The notes beneath the pieces were generated by a model, which saw nothing but the letters and a program-made list of their open reading frames with translations, ran no database searches and was not told the origin of the DNA. A program made the position numbers and the translations under genes. Of a DNA stretch of 64,000 bases, positions 50,084 through 63,432 are shown piece by piece. Every line of letters begins with the position of its first letter. Positions within the stretch are counted from its first letter, which is position 1. The stretch is from Mobula hypostoma (Eukaryota): the NCBI RefSeq assembly GCF_963921235.1, contig NC_086108.1, positions 101,434,001 through 101,498,000 on the forward strand, written 5' to 3'.

Positions 50084-53000
50084 CATTGGACAACAATTTT
50101 TTTCAAAATGTTCCTTCCTCAGAATTTTTTTTTCTGTTTATGATAGACTGATAGATAGATAGAATAGTACAGCACAGTACGGGCCCTTCGACCCACAATG
50201 TTGTGCCGACCCTCAAACCCTGCCTCCCATATAAGCCCCCAACTTAAATTCCTCCATATACCTGCCTAGTAGTCTCTTAAACTTCACTAATGCATCTGCC
50301 TCCACCACTGACTCAGGCAGTGCATTCCACACACCAACCACTCTCTGAGTATCCCTCTAATATCCCTCTTGAACTTCCCACCACTTATCTTAAAGCCACG
50401 TCCTCTTGTATTGAGCAGTGGTGCCCTGGGGAAGAGGTGCTGGCTATCCACTTTATCTATTCCTCTTATTATCTTGTACACTTCTATCATGTCTCCTCTC
50501 ATCCTCCTTCTCTCCAAAGAGTAAAGCCCTAGCTCCCTTAATCTCTGATCAAAATGCATAATCTCTAAACCAGGCAGCATCCTGGTAAGTCTCCTCTGTA
50601 CCCTTTCCAATGCTTCCACATCCTTCCTATAGTGAGGTGGCCAGAAATGGAGACAGTACTCCAAGTGTGGCCTAACCAGAGTTTTATAGAGCTGCATCAT
50701 TACATCGCGACTCAAACTCTATCCCTCAATTTATGAAAGCTAACACCCCATAAGCTTTCTTAACTACCCTATCTACCTGTGAGGCAACTTTCAGGGATCT
50801 GTGGACATGTACCCCCAGATCCCTCTGCTCCTCTACACTACCAAGCATCCTGCCAGTTACTTTGTACTCTGCCTTGGAGTTTGTCCTTCCAAAGTGTACC
50901 ACCTCACACTTCTCCGGATTGAACTCCATCTGCCGCTTCTGAGCCCACTTCTGCATCCTATCAATATCTCTCTGCAATCTTTGACAATCCTCTACACTAT
51001 CTACAACACCACCAACCTTGGTGTCGTCTGCAAACTTGCCAACCCACCCCTCTACCCCCACATCCGGGTCGTTAATAAAAATCACGAAAAGCAGAGGTCC
51101 CAGAACAGATATTTGTGGGATACCACTAGTCACAATACTCCAATCTGAATGTACTCCCTCCACCAAGACCCTCTGCCTTCTGCAGGCAAGCCGATTCTGA
51201 ATCCACCTGGCCAAACTTCCCTGCATCCCATGCCTTCTGACTTTCTGAATAAGCTTACCATATGGAACCTTGTCAAATGCCTTACTAAAATCCATATAGA
51301 TCACATCCACTGCAGTACCCTCATCTATATACCTGGTCACCTCCTCAAAGAACTCTATCAGGCTTGTTAGACACGATCTGCCCTTCACCAAGCCATGCTG
51401 ACTGTCCCTGATCAGACCATGATTATCTAAGTGCCCAGAGATCCTACCTCTAAAAATCTTTTCCAACAGCTTTCCCACCACAGACATAAGGCTCACCTGT
51501 CTATAATTACCCGGACTATCCCTACTACCTTTTTTGAACAAGGGGACAACATTCATCATCCTCCAATCCTCCAGTACCATTCCTGTGGACAACAAAGACA
51601 TAAAGATCCTAGCCAGAGGCTCAGCAATCTCTTCCCTCACCTCATGAAACAGCCTGGGGAATATTCCATCAGGCCCCGGGGATTTATCCGTCCTAATGTA
51701 TTTTAACAGCTCCAACACCTCCTCTCCCTTAATATCAACATGCTCCAGAATATCAACCTCACTCATATTGTCCTCACAATCATCAAGTTCCCTCTCATTG
51801 GTGAATACCTAACAGAAGTATTCATTGAGGACCTCGCTCACTTCCACAGCCTCCAGGCACATCTTCACACCTTTATGTCTAATCGGTCCTACCTTCACTC
51901 CTGTCATCCTTTTTTTCTTCACATAATTGAAGAATGCCTTGGGGTTTTCCTTTACCCTACTCACCAAGGCCTTCTCATGCCCCCTTCTTGCTCTTCTCAG
52001 CCCCTTCTTAAGCTCCTTTCTTGCTTCCCTATATTCCTCAATAGACCCATCTGATCCTTGCTTCCTAAACCTCATGTATGCTGCCTTCTTCCACCTGACT
52101 AGATTTTCCACCTCACTTGTCACCCATGGTTCCTTCACCGTAGTATTCTTTATCTTTCTCACTGGGACAAATTTATCCCTAACATCCCGCAAGAGATCTC
52201 TAAACATCGACCACATGTCCATAGTACAACAGTCCCTGCAAAAACATCATCCCAATTCACACCCGCAAGTTCTAGCCTTATAGCCTCATAATTTGCCCTT
52301 CCCCAATTAAAAATTTTCCTGTCCTCTCTGATTCTATCCTTTTCCATGATAATGCTAAAGGCCAGGGAGTGGTGGTCACTGTCCCCCAGATGCTCACCCA
52401 CTGAGATATCTCTGACCTGACCCGGTTCATTACCGAGTACTAGATCTAGAATGGCATTCCCCCTTATCGGCCTGTCCACATACTGTGACAGGAATCCGTC
52501 CTGGTCCCACTTAACAAACGCTGCCCCATCTAAACCCTTGGAACTAATCAGGTGCCAGTCAATATTAGGGAAGTTAAAGTCACCCATGATAACAACCCTG
52601 TTATTTTTGCACCTTTCCAAAATCTGCCTCCCAATCTGCTCCTCTGTATCTCTGCTGCTACCAGGGGGCCTAAAAAAATACCCCCAACAGAGTAACTGCT
52701 CCCTTCCTGTTCCTGACTTCCACCCATACTGACTCAAAAGAGGATCCTGCTACATTACCCACCCTTTCTGTAGCTGTAATAGTATCCCTGACCAGTAATG
52801 CCACCCCTCCTCCCCTTCCTCACCCCCCATCCCTTTTAAAGCACTGAAATCCAGGAATATTGATAATCCATTCCTGCCCTGGTGCCAGCCAAGTCTCTGT
52901 AATGGCCACTACATCATAATTCCATGTATGTATCCAAGCTCTCAGTTCATCACCTTTGTTCCTGATGCTTCTTGCATTAAGGTACACACATTTCAGCCCT

Positions 53001-54442
53001 TCTACCTTACTGTCTTTATACCATTTATTCTGCTTCTGTTTACTCAAAGCCCCTCTATATGTTAGATCTGGCTTTACTCCATGCACTTCTTTCACTGCTA
53101 TATCGCTCTGGGTCCCATCTCCCTTGCAAATTAGTTTAAACCCTCCCGAACCATGCTAGCAAACCTACCTGCAAGGATATTGCTCCCCCTCAATGTCAGG
53201 TGCAACCCATCCAATCTGTACAGGTCCCACCTTCCCCAGCAGAGATCTCAATGATCCAAAAATTTAAAACCCTGCTCCCTGCACCAACTCCTCAGCCACG
53301 CATTCAACTACCATCTCCTCCAATTCTTACCATCACTGTCACATAGCACTGGCAGCAATCCTGAGAACACCATCCTTGAGGTCCTGTTCTTCAACCTTCT
53401 GCCTAATTCCCGAAACTCACACTTCAGGACCTCATCCCTCTTCCTGCCTATGTTGTTGGTCCCAACATGTATCACGACTTCTGGTTGCTTTCCCTCTCGT
53501 ACCAGGATGTCGTGGACCCGGTCAGAGACATCCTGGACCCTGGCACCCGGGAGGCAACAAACCATGCGGGTGTCCTTCTCACATCCACAAAATCTCCTGA
53601 CTGCTCCCCTGACTATAGAGTCTCCAATGACGACAGCTCTCTTCTTCTCCGTCCCACCCTTCTGCACCACAGGGTCAGACTCAGTGCCGGAGGCCCTGCC
53701 ACTGTGGCTCACACCTGGTCGGTCGTCCCTGCCAACAGTATCCAGGACGGTAAACTTATTATTCAGGGAAATAGTTACAGTGGTGCTCTGCACTACCTGT
53801 CTGTTCACCTTCGCTTTCCCGCCTCTGACTGTCACCCAACGACCTGCTTCCGACAGATTAGGTGTGACTACCTCCTTGTAGCTCTCATCTATGACTGCCT
53901 CATTCTCCCTTATGAGTCGAAGGTCATCCAGCTGCTGCTCCAGATTCCTTACATGGTCTTTCAGATCGCCCAGCCTGCTTGAAGATGAACACAAATATAA
54001 TTTCAGACTACTTGTATCACGTAGGAATTTGGAGAAACAACAAATTAACTTTCATTGAATATAATGTGTTTAATTCCATAATGGTGCTGATGCTTTGCAG
54101 TAGTTCAACTAAGTTAAAAATATTTTGTTAATGATTTTCATTTGTACTCAGTGTCTGAGGCTTCTTGCTTAAGCGCCCAACAATAATTCGCCAGCACTGA
54201 TGGATTCCAGTTGCCCTGGCATATTTTCTCCATGACCACAATGTCCTGGTGAAACCTTTCACCGTGCTCATCACTAACAGCTTCAAGATTTGCAGAGGAA
54301 GTCTAAATGGGAATGCAGAAAATGAATTTTAGTGACATGTTGCATTTCATGGTTTTATATACTTGAAACATGCTTTCAACCAGCTGCATGTAGTTTGGTG
54401 CTCTGTAGATGCCGAGAAAAATTTCAACAACTTCCTTGAATG
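50084..54442 (-). mobile_element. Chapaev3-like DNA transposon 3' part (terminus 50084-50150; body 53977-54442), split by CR1
   Basis: 54114-54442 on minus encodes FKEVVE..MKCNMSLK.HFLHSHLDF..NLEAVSDEHGERFHQDI..NYCWAL (frameshifted). Putative terminus CATTGGACAACA is preceded by TTA. Confidence 0.75.
50151..53976 (-). mobile_element. Young 5'-truncated CR1, same family as 18050-22103
   Basis: ORFs 53308-53994 (GDSIVRG esterase), 52159-52737 (APE), 50726-51766 (RT); long identical stretches with the plus copy. Confidence 0.95.
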
Positions 54443-55049
54443 TAGGTGTATGTGGATGAGTGGGAATCCGGAACAGCCATGACAGAATGGCAGAGAAGAC
54501 TCGATGGGCTGAATGGCCTAATTCTGCTCCTATGTCTTATGATCTGGGATGCTATGCAAATGTACACATTTTAAGTATTTCTTATGGTGAGACACTAGTT
54601 AATGGACAACCTCTTTTTATTCAAGAAAACACATCTGTAAAAATGTTCTTTTAAATTAGACAGAACTCTTGCAGTCATGGGTTTCACCAAGTATGTATAA
54701 TTACAATGAATCACATATTACTAAATTTCCTATCTCGGGATGCTGGAGGAACAAATTGTCAGTATTGAACTTCTCTGATAGCTGCACGGGAATGAAATCC
54801 TGGAGAATATATTTTATACAAACTAACTTTTCCTTTTTGACTCTTGTCTTACGACCATGTCATTAAATATCACAAGTTATCACATGGTTCCAGTGTGGTA
54901 GATCCTGTCTTCAGCAGTTCTTGACAGTGTAAACACCAGGGGAAAAATTGTTACCAAGTCTCGGACTGCATATAAACCCAGACATCCTCCCCCTCAAAGC
55001 ATGGTCGTTGGGTTAATTTTTGGGCATCAAATATTCCTATGCGGGACAT

Positions 55050-58000
55050 GAGGGACCAGAGGAGGTTCACAAGAACGATCCTGGGAATGAAAAGGTTAAC
55101 ATATGAGGAACATTTCATTGCTCTGGGCCTGTGCTCTCTGGAGTTTAGAAGAATTGAAACCTATTGAATATTGAAAAGCCTTGCTTGAGTGGACCTATGA
55201 AGAATGTTTCCTATAGTGGAGGAGTCTAAGACATGAGGGCAGAACCTAGGAATAGTAGGCAGTCCCAGCTTTAAAGAGGAATTTCCTTAGCCAGAGGATG
55301 GTGAATCTGTGGAATGCATTACCACAAATGGCCATGGAGACCAAGTCATTTGGTATATTTATAGCACAAGTTGATTGGTTCTTGATTAGCAATTGCATTA
55401 AAGCTATGGGGAGAAAGGAGGAGTATAGGATTGAAAGAAGTTATCAACCAGCCATGATGGAATGGTGGAGCTGGCTCAGTGGGCTGAATGGCCTAATTCT
55501 GCTCCTGTGCCTTATGATCTTAAATCATGATTTTGCACCATGCTGACGGGATACAGATGGAGCAATCAAGAGGTAAGGCTGCTGGAATCAACTTGCCACT
55601 AGGGTGATCTTTGGATTGTTTCACAATCTGTGTTATTTTCAAGGTAAAGAGTGAGTAATAATTAATTATATATTACCTTGCCAGGAATGCACAAGCATTT
55701 CCAGAGAGAATGAGAGGAGGTTTGTATGCATTGTTAATTATCTGTTTGAACCAGATTCATTACCACTGACATAAGTTGTGTCATTTATTATTTTGTGGCA
55801 GTAGTTCAGTGTAAGATACAAAATATTAAAACATAGAAAACCTACAGCACAATACAGGCCCTTTGGCCCACAAAATTGTGCCGAGCATGTCCCCACCTTA
55901 GAATTTACTAGGGTTACCCATAGCCCTCTATTTTTCTAAGCTCCAGGTACCTATCCAGAAGTCTCTTAAAAGACCCTATTGTATCTACCTCCGCCACCGT
56001 TGCTGGCAGCCCATTCCATGCTCTTACCACTGTGTAAAAAAAAACTTACCCCTGACATCTTTGTACCTACTCCCAAGCACCTTGAACCTGTACCCTCTTG
56101 TGGCAGCCATTTCAGCCCTGGGGAAAAAGCCTCTGACTATCCACACGATCAATGCCTCTCATCATCTTGTACACCTCTATCAGGTCACCTCTCATCCTCC
56201 GTCACTCCAAGGAGAAAAGGCCAAGTTCACTCAACCGATTCTCATAAGGCATGCTCCCCAATCCAGGCAACATCCTCGTAAATCTCCTCTGCACCATTTC
56301 TATGGTTTCCACGTCCTTCCTGTAGAGAGGCAACCAGAAATGAGCATAGTAATCCAAGTGGGGTTTGACCAGGGTCCAATACAGCTGCAACATTACCTCT
56401 TGGCTCCTAAATTAAATTCCATGATTGATGAAGGCCAATACACCATATGCATTCTTAACCACAGAGTCAACCTGCACAGCTGCTTTGATCGTCCTATGCA
56501 CTTAGACTCCAAGATCCCTCTGATCTTCCGTACTGCCAAGAGTCTTACCATTATTACTATATTCTGCCATCATATTTGACCTACCAAAATGAACCACCTC
56601 ACACTTATCTGGGTTGAACTCCATCTGCCACTGCTCAGCCCAGTTTTGAAACCTATCAATGTCCTGCTGCAACCTCTGACAGCCCTCCACACTATCCGCA
56701 ACACCTCCAAACTTTGTGTCATCAGTAAAACTTACTAACCCATCTCTCCACTTCCTCATCCAGGTCATTTATAAAATTCACAAAGAGTAAGGGTTCCAGA
56801 ACAGATCCCTGAGGTACTCCACTGGTGACTGACCTCCATGCAGAATATGACCCATCTACAACCACTCTTTGCCTTCTGTGGGCAACCCAGTTCTGGATCC
56901 ACAAAACAATGTCTCCTTAGATCCCATGCCTCCTTACTTTCTCAATAATATACCCAATGAGTTCATCTCCACAGCCACCTGTGGCAAAAAGTTCCACAGA
57001 TTCACCAGTCTCTGTACAAAGAAACTCTTCCTCATCTCTGTTCCTCAGTTGAGGCCAGTTCATTGGCTATATTTAAGAGGGAGTTAGATATGGCCCTTGT
57101 GGCTACGGGGATCAGGGGGTATGGAGGGAAGGCTGGGGCAGGGCTCTGAGTTGGATGATCAGCCATGATCATAATAAATGGTGGTGCCGAATGGCCTACT
57201 CCTGTACCTATTTTCTATGTATGTTTCTATGTAAAAGGATGTCCCTCTATTCTGAGGCTGTGTCCTCTGGTCTTAGAATCTCCTACCTTGGAAAATGTCC
57301 TCTCCGCATCCACTATATCATGGCTTTCCAGCATTTGATAGGTTTCAATGAGGTCAACCCTCATTCTGCTGAATTCCAGTGAATATAGGCCCAGAGCCAT
57401 CAATACTTTCTTAAACGAAGGGCCCAAAACTGTTTACAATACTCCAAGTGAGGCTTCACCAGTGCCTTATACAGTCTCAGCATTATATCCTTGCCTTAAT
57501 ATTCTTGTCTTCGTGAAATCAATGCTAACTTTGCATTTGTCTTCCTCAATACTGATTCAACCTGCAAATTAATCTTCAGGGAATCCTGCACAAGGACCCC
57601 CAAATCCCTTTGCACCTCAAATTTTTAGAAACATAGAAAAACTACAGCACAATACAGGCCCTTCGGCCCACAATGCTGTGCCAAAGATGTACTTACTTTA
57701 GAAATTACCTAGGGTTACCCATAGCCCTCTGTCTTTCTAAGCTCCATGTACCTAGCCAGGAGGCTCTTGAAAGACCCTATCATATCCGCCTCCACTACTG
57801 TCACTCGCAGCCCATTCCATGCGCTCACCACTCTGTAAAAAACTTACCCCTGACATCTCCTCTGTACCTACTTCCAAGCACGTTAAAACTGTGCCCTCTC
57901 ATGATAGCCATTGCAGCCCTGGGAAAAAGCCTCTGATCAATACCTCTGATCATCTTATACACCTCTATCAGGTCACCTCCCATCCTCTGTTCTAAGGAGA

Positions 58001-59670
58001 AAAGGCCAAGTTCACTCAACCTATCCTTGTAAAATATGCTCTCCAATCCAGGCAACATATTTGTAAATCTCCTCGGCACCCTTTCTGTAGTTTCCACATC
58101 CTTCCTGTTGTGTGGTGACCAGAAATGAGCACAGTACTCCAAGTGGGGTGTGACCAGGGTCCTATACAGCTGTAAGATTGAAACTGATTGAAAATGAAAA
58201 AGAACATTTTATGCCCTTGGCAGAATTCCAGATTCTTTTAGTGCAATTAGGTTACACAAACTAATCCTTTATTTCTTTAAGGACTCCATTCAGCATGGTT
58301 TCTCAAGGAAAAATCTTGTCTGATAAATCTGTTGAAATATTATCTTTTTGAATTCTCTCCCCCTTTAGAAAATAGTCTATGCATTTAATCCTTCTACCAA
58401 AGTAAATGACCATACATTTGCTGACACTGTTTTCCAACTATCACCTCTTTGCCTATTCTCCTAATCTGTCTAATTTGTTCTGCAGCCTCTCTGCTACCTC
58501 AACACTACCTACCCTATACCTATCTTCATATTGTTCACCAACCTGGCCACAAAGCCATCAGCTTCATCATCCGAATTGTTGGCATACAAAGCAAAAAGAA
58601 ACGGCCGGAATGCTGACTCCTGTGGAACACCACATGTCACCAGCGGACAGTTTGAAAAAGATCCCTTACTATTCCCACTCTTTGCCTCCTGCCAATCAGC
58701 CAATGCTAGTATGTTTCCCGAAATATCTTGGGCTTATCTTGCTTTAAGTCTCATGTGTGACAACTCGTCAGAGGCCTTCCGATTCTCCTTTACCCATCCT
58801 GTTATTTCTGGAAAGTTTTCAACAGATTTATCAGACAAGATTTTCCCTTGACGAGAGTCCTTAAAGAAATAAAGGATTAGTTTGAGTAACCTAATTACAG
58901 TAAGATTCCAGAATTCCCCCAAGGGCATAAGATGTTCTTTTTCATTTTCAATCAGCTTCAATCTAATTTGAAATGATTCACTTCACCAGATTTTCAAAAG
59001 ATCAAAGAAAATTATCAAAGTACATATGTGTCACCGTACAATCCTGAGATGTAAATTCTTGTGGACATACTCAATAAATCTATAGAATAGTAACTATAAC
59101 AGGATCAATGAATTATGTACTAACTAGTGCTTTCAACCAGAGTGCAAAAGACAACTAACTGTGCAAATGCACAAGGAAAAAAACAATAATTTTAAATAAA
59201 TCCTGGAATCATTTTCATGAATCTCCTTTGTACAGTCTCCAGTTTCAGCACATCCTTTCTAACATAAGGGGCCCAAAATTGCTCAGGAGAAGCCTCACTG
59301 GTGCTCTATAAAGTCTCAACATGACATCCTTGCTTTTATATTCTAGTCTTCTTGAAATGAATGCAAACATTGCATTTGCCTTCCTTACCACAAACTCAGC
59401 CTGCAAATTCACCTTTAGGGAATCCCAAACAAGGACTCCCAAGTCCCTTTGCATCTCTTTTGTATTTTCTCTCCATTTCAAAAACAGTCACCCCTTTCAT
59501 TACTTCCATTGAAGTGCATGACCATACACTTTCCAACACTCTATTCATCTGCCAGTGCTTTGCCCATTCTCCTAATCTGTCTAAATGCTTATGTAGCCAC
59601 GGTACTTCCACAAAACCACCAGTTCTTCCTCCTATAGGCTGCACTCTTGGCAACAAAGCCATCAATTCTG
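55050..59670. mobile_element. Cluster of nested CR1 3' fragments (~55050-55520 +, ~55828-56950 -, ~57045-57231 +, ~57627-58174 -, others)
   Basis: Repeated [25 protein letters not shown] remnants and CR1 tails. Confidence 0.8.
58175..58964. repeat. ~150-bp diverged inverted repeat (58175-58337 / 58817-58964)
   Basis: CTGATTGAAAATGAAAAAGAACAT..CAAACTAATCCTTTATTTCTTTAAGGACTC..AAAATCTTGTCTGATAAATCTGTTGAAA reappears reverse-complemented. Confidence 0.85.
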
Positions 59671-59727
59671 TCTGTCTGTATCTTGTTTTACGGCGGTTGG
59701 CATCCAGCTTAATGGTGCATTACTGCC
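59670..59727 (-). mobile_element. 58-bp Nimb 3'-end stub
   Basis: Reverse complement matches 15876-15922; 13-bp TSD AGCCATCAATTCT (59657-59669, 59728-59740). Confidence 0.88.
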
Positions 59728-59759
59728 AGCCATCAATTCTATCATCCAATCATTGACAT

Positions 59760-60226
59760 TGTCAGGACACTGGAGTAGAGATCCAATCACAGACCCAGTA
59801 CTGTGCACACAGTGATATTAATTGAGTAACAAATCCCAAGGTGCAAACAGAGTCAGCATCAAAGTTCAGGCAGAGATCAAAACATCTAGAGAAATCCAAA
59901 CACCAGAATCAGGAAACAGGCAGAGTCAATATTCAGACAGACAGAGTACAGATACAAACACTAGAAAGACTCAGGAAAATTCATTGGAACAAATAGGTGA
60001 AAACACAGGACTAAAATACACTGAGCAATGAACAGAGAGGCAGATGATAGGTGGAGCACAATCAGACACAGGTGGCAGCAATACAGGTAATAATGAGAAA
60101 TAGGTGAGAGATGGAGAACAGCAGGAGGTGAGCAGGAGTGGGGACAGGGGCACATGACAATACAAAACCACAGACTGACAGCTGGGGGAAACACACAAAA
60201 AGAGAGTTCAACTGGAGGTACTGACA
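59760..60226. mobile_element. Solo LTR (Gypsy-like), 467 bp
   Basis: TGTCAG...CTGACA termini; perfect 5-bp TSD GACAT; interrupts a CR1 RT. Confidence 0.85.
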
Positions 60227-60588
60227 GACATATTATGTAAAAAGAATCGGTCTCAACAGACAACTGTGGAACATCACTACTCACTGGCGGCCAGTCAGAA
60301 AAGGCTCCCCTTATTCCCACTCTTTGTCTCCTGCCAATCAGCCACTGCTTTATCCATGCTAGATTCCTTTCTGTAATACCATGGGCTCATAGATTGTTAA
60401 GCAGCCTCATATGTGGCACCTTGTCAAAGGCATTCTGAAAATCCAAGTACACAACATCAACTGATTCTCCTCTGTCTATCCTGCTTGTTACATCTTCAAA
60501 GAATTCCAACAGATTTTCAGGCAATATTTCCTCTTGAGGAAACCATGTTGACGATGGCCTAGGTTACCATATGCCTCCAAGTACCCTG

Positions 60589-62704
60589 GCAGGTATTCTG
60601 TGAGCCACATGGAGAGGATATTGATGGGCTCACAGAGTGCATCACTGATTACATCAACTTCTGTGTGGACGGCAATGTTCCAACAAGAACTGTCCTTCGT
60701 TATTCAAATAACAAGCCATGGGTAACAAAGGACATTAAGGACATCCTGAATGCTAAAAAGAGGGCGTTTAAGAGATGGAAACAGGGAGGAGCTGAGGGCA
60801 ATACAGAGGGACCTGAAAGCCAGGATCGAGGAGGCTAAAGACAGGTATAGGAGGAAGCTTGAGTGGAAACTCCAGCAGAACATGAGAGAGGTCTGGAGTG
60901 GGATAAGGACCATCACTGGGTTCCAGCAAACTAGCAACAGAGGAGCTAAAGGCAGCGTGGACAGGGCCAATGAACTTAACCTGTTCTTTAACAGATTTGA
61001 CATTGTGGCCCCTGCCCATCCCCCACATGAGCCACCTGTTGTCAGCCCCCAACCAACACATATTCCACTCTCCCCTCCTACCCCTCCTCACAGTCCCCCA
61101 CCCTGCTCTCATGACTATACCCCTTCCCCACACGAAACCACCATGGTGGGCTTCACAGCTGAACAGGTGAGAAGACAGCTGAAACGTCTCAACCCAAGCA
61201 AGGCTGCAGGACCGGATGGTGTCAGTACCAGGTGCTCAAAGCCTGTGCTCCTCAGCTATGTGGAGTACTTTGCCATGTCTTCAACCTGAGCCTGAGGCTC
61301 CGGAGGGTTCCTGTACTGTGGAAGACGTCCTGCCTCGCCCCTGTGCTGAAGACGCCGCGCCCCGGCGGCCTCAATGACTACAGACCCGTGGCATTGACCT
61401 CCCACATCATGAGGACCCTGGAGAGACTTGTTCTGGAGCTGCTCCGGCCTATGGTCAGGGCACACTTAGGTCCCCTACAGTTTGCCTACCAGCCCCGACT
61501 AGGAGTTGAGGATGCCATCGTCTACCTGCTGAACCGTGTCTACGCCCACCTGGACAAGCCAGCGAGCACTGTGAGGGTCATGTTTTTTGACTTCTCCAGT
61601 GCGTTCAACACCATCCGCCCTGCTCTGCTGGGGGCGAAGCTGACAGCGATGCAGGTGGATGTTTTCCTGGTGTCATGGATTCTTGACTACCTGACTGGCA
61701 GACCACAGTACGTGTGCTTGCAACGCTGTATGTCCGACAGAGTGATCAGCAGTACTGGGGCTCCACAGGGGACTGTCCTGTCTCCCTTTCTCTTCACCAT
61801 TTACACCTCGGACTTCAACTACTGCACAGGGTCTTGTCATCTTCAGAAGTTTTCGGATGACTCTGCCATAGTTGGATGCATCAGCAAGGGAGATGAGGCT
61901 GAGTACAGGGCTACGGTAGGAAACTTTGTCACATGGTGTGAGCAGAATTATCTGCAGCTTAATGTGAAAAAGACTAAGGAGCTTGTGGTAGACCTGAGGA
62001 GAGCTAAGGCACCGGTGACCCCTGTTTCCGTCCGGGGGCCAGTGTGGGCATGGTGGAGGATTACAAATACCTGGGGATACGAATTGACAATAAACTGGAC
62101 TGGTCAAAGAACACTGAAGCTGTCTACAAGAAGGGTCAGAGCCATCTCTATTTCCTGAGGAGACTGAGGTCCTTTAACATCTGTCGGACTATGCTGAGGA
62201 TGTTCTACGAGTCTGTAGTGGCCAGTGCGATCATGTTTGCTGTTGTGTGCTGGGGCAGCAGGCTGAGGGTAGCAGACACCAGCAGAATCAACAAACTCAT
62301 TCCTAAGGCCAGTGATGTTGTGGGGATGGAACTGAACTCACTGACGGCGGTGTCTGAAAAGAGGATGCTGTCTAAGTTGCATGCCATCTTGGACAATGTC
62401 TCCCATCCACTACGCAATGTACTGGTTGGGCACAGGAGTACATTCAGCCAGAGACTCATTCCACTGAGATGCAACACAGAGCATCATAGGAAGTCATTCC
62501 TGTCTGTGGCCATCAAACTTTACAACTCCTCCCTTGGAGGGTCAGACACCCTGAGCCAATATGCTGGTCCTGGACTTTTTTCCTGGCATAACTTACATAT
62601 TACTATTTAATTATTTATGGTTTTATTACTATTTAATTAGTTATGGTGCAACTGTAACGAAAACCAATTTCCCCTGGGATCAATAAAGTATGACTATGAC
62701 TATG
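60589..62704 (+). mobile_element. Young 5'-truncated Rex1/Babar LINE nested in CR1
   Basis: Overlapping ORFs 60750-62610: NDYRPVALTSHIM, MFFDFSSAFNTI, GAPQGTVLSP, KFSDDS; (TATGAC)n tail. Confidence 0.92.
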
Positions 62705-63432
62705 AGACTTCATCCATTATAATGGCCAAGAACCTTCTCTCTAGTTATAGTAACTTCACACTCTTCACACCCCCTGACACCTAGAACTTTGACCACACTG
62801 CTAGTGTCTTCCACAATGAAGACTGATGCAAAATACTTATTCAATTCATCTGTTATTTTGTTGTCCCCCATTACTACCTTCCCAGCACTGTTTACCTGCA
62901 GTCCAATATCCACTCTCGCCTCTCATTAACACTTTATATATCTGAAGAAACTTCTGGTATTCTCTTTAATATTGCTGGCTAGCTTACTTTCGTATTCCAT
63001 CTTTACCTTCTTCATGTATGTCCTGCACCTTCCTCATTTTTCCCAGAAATGCACACCATTGCTGCTCTGCTGACATCCCTGCCAGCAGCTCCTTCCAATT
63101 TACCTTGCCCAACTCCTTTCTCGTACCAGTGTAATTTCCCTTACTCCGCTGAAATACTGCTACATCAGACTTTACTTTCTCCCTATCAAATTTCAAGTTG
63201 AACAGACTCATCTTGTGATCACTAGTTCCCAAGGGTTCTTTTACCTTAGGCTCCCTAATTGCTTCCAGTTCATTACATAACACCCAATCTAGTATAGCTG
63301 ATCCCCTAGTAGACTTAACAACAAACTGTTCTGAAAAAGCTCTTAGGCATTCAACAGACTTACTCTCTTGCGATCCATTACCAACCTGATTTTCCCAATT
63401 GACCTGCATATTAAAATCTCCCATGACTATGA
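62705..63432 (-). mobile_element. Continuation of the decayed host CR1 (APE/linker)
   Basis: MGDFNMQVNW, ILDWVLCN, TSDHK; joins 60227-60588. Confidence 0.8.

Noticed and set aside
59808..59838. CACAGTG...ACAAATCCC as a V(D)J recombination signal
   Set aside because: The spacer is 14 nt, the nonamer is poor, it lies inside a solo LTR, and there is no adjacent V/J segment.
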